64,000 bases of DNA from Prorocentrum cordatum (taxonomy: Eukaryota), in contig CAUYUJ010000148.1 in the NCBI GenBank assembly GCA_963575745.1, forward strand, positions 434,001-498,000. Direction: 5' to 3'. Made by a program: the position numbers and the translations under genes. The notes under the pieces are model-generated. The model saw only the letters and a list, made by a program, of their open reading frames with translations, ran no database searches and had not been told where the DNA came from. Shown piece by piece: positions 62,876 through 64,000 of the stretch (position 1 is the stretch's first letter; each line of letters starts with the position of its first letter).

Positions 62876-63664
62876 TCACTGGTCCTGCTGCTTGTCCTGC
62901 TGCTTGAGCTCCTCCACTTTCTGATCGAGCTCCTCGACTTTCTTCTGCAGGTCCTGGAGCGCCTGTCCCTGCGCCCGCAGGGTGTCCAGCATCTGATCCA
63001 TCTTCTCGGCCATGTTATGTGCAATAAGGTTTGGAGCAGTCGTGGTCAAGAGATTGAGCATCGAGGTGATAACGGTGGTTGGCCCGTCCTGCTGCTGCTG
63101 CTGCGTAAGCTTCTGCTGCCACTGCTGTGCTCCTGCTGTTGCAGCTCCTGCTGTTGCAGCTCCTGGTGACGCAGCTCTTGAGCTGTTCCAGCTTTTCCAG
63201 GTTCTCTCTCCTGCAGCTGTTCCAGCTTCTTGCTGATGGCCTTCACTTTGCCATTGCTCTCTGCTCTCTCTGCCCTTGAGCTTGGGCTTATTCGACGACC
63301 TCCAATCATCCGCTTCATCGTTTTTCCGCTCCAGGGCGTAGCTCGAGTGGAGCACCGCAGTGTTCATGATCTTAGAGCACCATGCGGCCTTCTCCTCATC
63401 AGAACCCTGTGGACAAGCATTATGCCACCAGAGATGCTTATTCTTTATATTCTTGGTGTGGTCCGCCGAAATCTGGTGCGTCGGGGCTGCCCATTTCTCG
63501 CGCGGCAAACAAAACCACCAGGGCTCCTTAGGTTCTCCACTCTTCTTCGAAACGTACTCGCGAACTTCTAGCCATGGCGCGTCAATGGGTCCAGTGTCAG
63601 GGTCCATGATGACGGTTTCTGGACATGGGCCATGCCTCCCTGCGCTGGCCCCCATTTCTGACAT
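62876..63664 (-). CDS. Protein with a U1/matrin-like C2H2 Zn-finger (one Cys replaced) and C-terminal coiled coil
   Basis: WWFCLPREKWAAPTHQISADHTKN (C-x2-[C>R]...H-x5-H); heptad tail LQDLQKKVEELDQKVEELKQQ; uninterrupted ORF. Confidence 0.55.
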   Translation of the reverse strand: MSEMGASAGRHGPCPETVIMDPDTGPIDAPWLEVREYVSKKSGEPKEPWWFCLPREKWAAPTHQISADHTKNIKNKHLWWHNACPQGSDEEKAAWCSKIMNTAVLHSSYALERKNDEADDWRSSNKPKLKGRESREQWQSEGHQQEAGTAAGERTWKSWNSSRAASPGAATAGAATAGAQQWQQKLTQQQQQDGPTTVITSMLNLLTTTAPNLIAHNMAEKMDQMLDTLRAQGQALQDLQKKVEELDQKVEELKQQDKQQDQ

Positions 63665-64000
63665 GGCAGCCTGCAGGCGCTGCAAGAAATGCCTTGGGCC
63701 GAGGTGCCTGCGCTACAGGAAAGCTGGGTGATCTGATAAATGGAGCCAAGAGGGGTCCAGGAGGCTATTTTGTGGGTTCCCGAGGGGCAGGGCGATTTGA
63801 AGGATCCCCCTTCTTTGATCGATTTCCCTCACATGGCAGAGCTCCCAGGGAGCTCTAACATGGCATGTTAGAGTTCCCAGGGAGCTCTAACATGGCATGT
63901 TAAAGCTTCAGGGAGGTCGAACAAGCTATGTTAGATCCCCCTGGGAGCTCTAACATAGGACGATCGAGCTCCCGTGGGGCTCTAACATGCTATGTTAGAG

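Overview
GC-rich, repeat-saturated eukaryotic DNA. It is inferred to be dinoflagellate (Prorocentrum/Symbiodiniaceae-like) from a GC-AG intron, the PPR repeat type, the unidirectional gene array and the repeat families. Most ORFs in the track are artefacts of (CCT)n, (GAT)n, (GTC)n and 8-12 bp minisatellites. The recognisable coding material is mostly decayed mobile or virus-like DNA: a PPR pseudogene (7.4-7.9 kb), a DUF3987-like NTPase fragment (12.0-12.6 kb), a D5-type SF3 helicase (15.0-16.5 kb) inside ~40 bp inverted repeats, RTE- and CRE-type non-LTR retrotransposon relics (25-36.5 kb) and a PIF1 helicase fragment (46.7-47.2 kb). The most interesting region is a minus-strand gene array at 47.5-63.7 kb. 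It holds a protein kinase fused to an AlkB-like 2OG-Fe(II) dioxygenase, next to a ParB-like/HTH protein fused to a beta-class (N6A/N4C) DNA methyltransferase-like domain, plus two small Zn-finger ORFs. It is interleaved with a doubly palindromic 32-bp satellite, a 102-bp array that may be coding, and a 180-bp direct repeat. This copy carries frameshifts and a stop codon. All domain calls come from motif recognition by eye, no searches were run, and boundaries are approximate unless stated.
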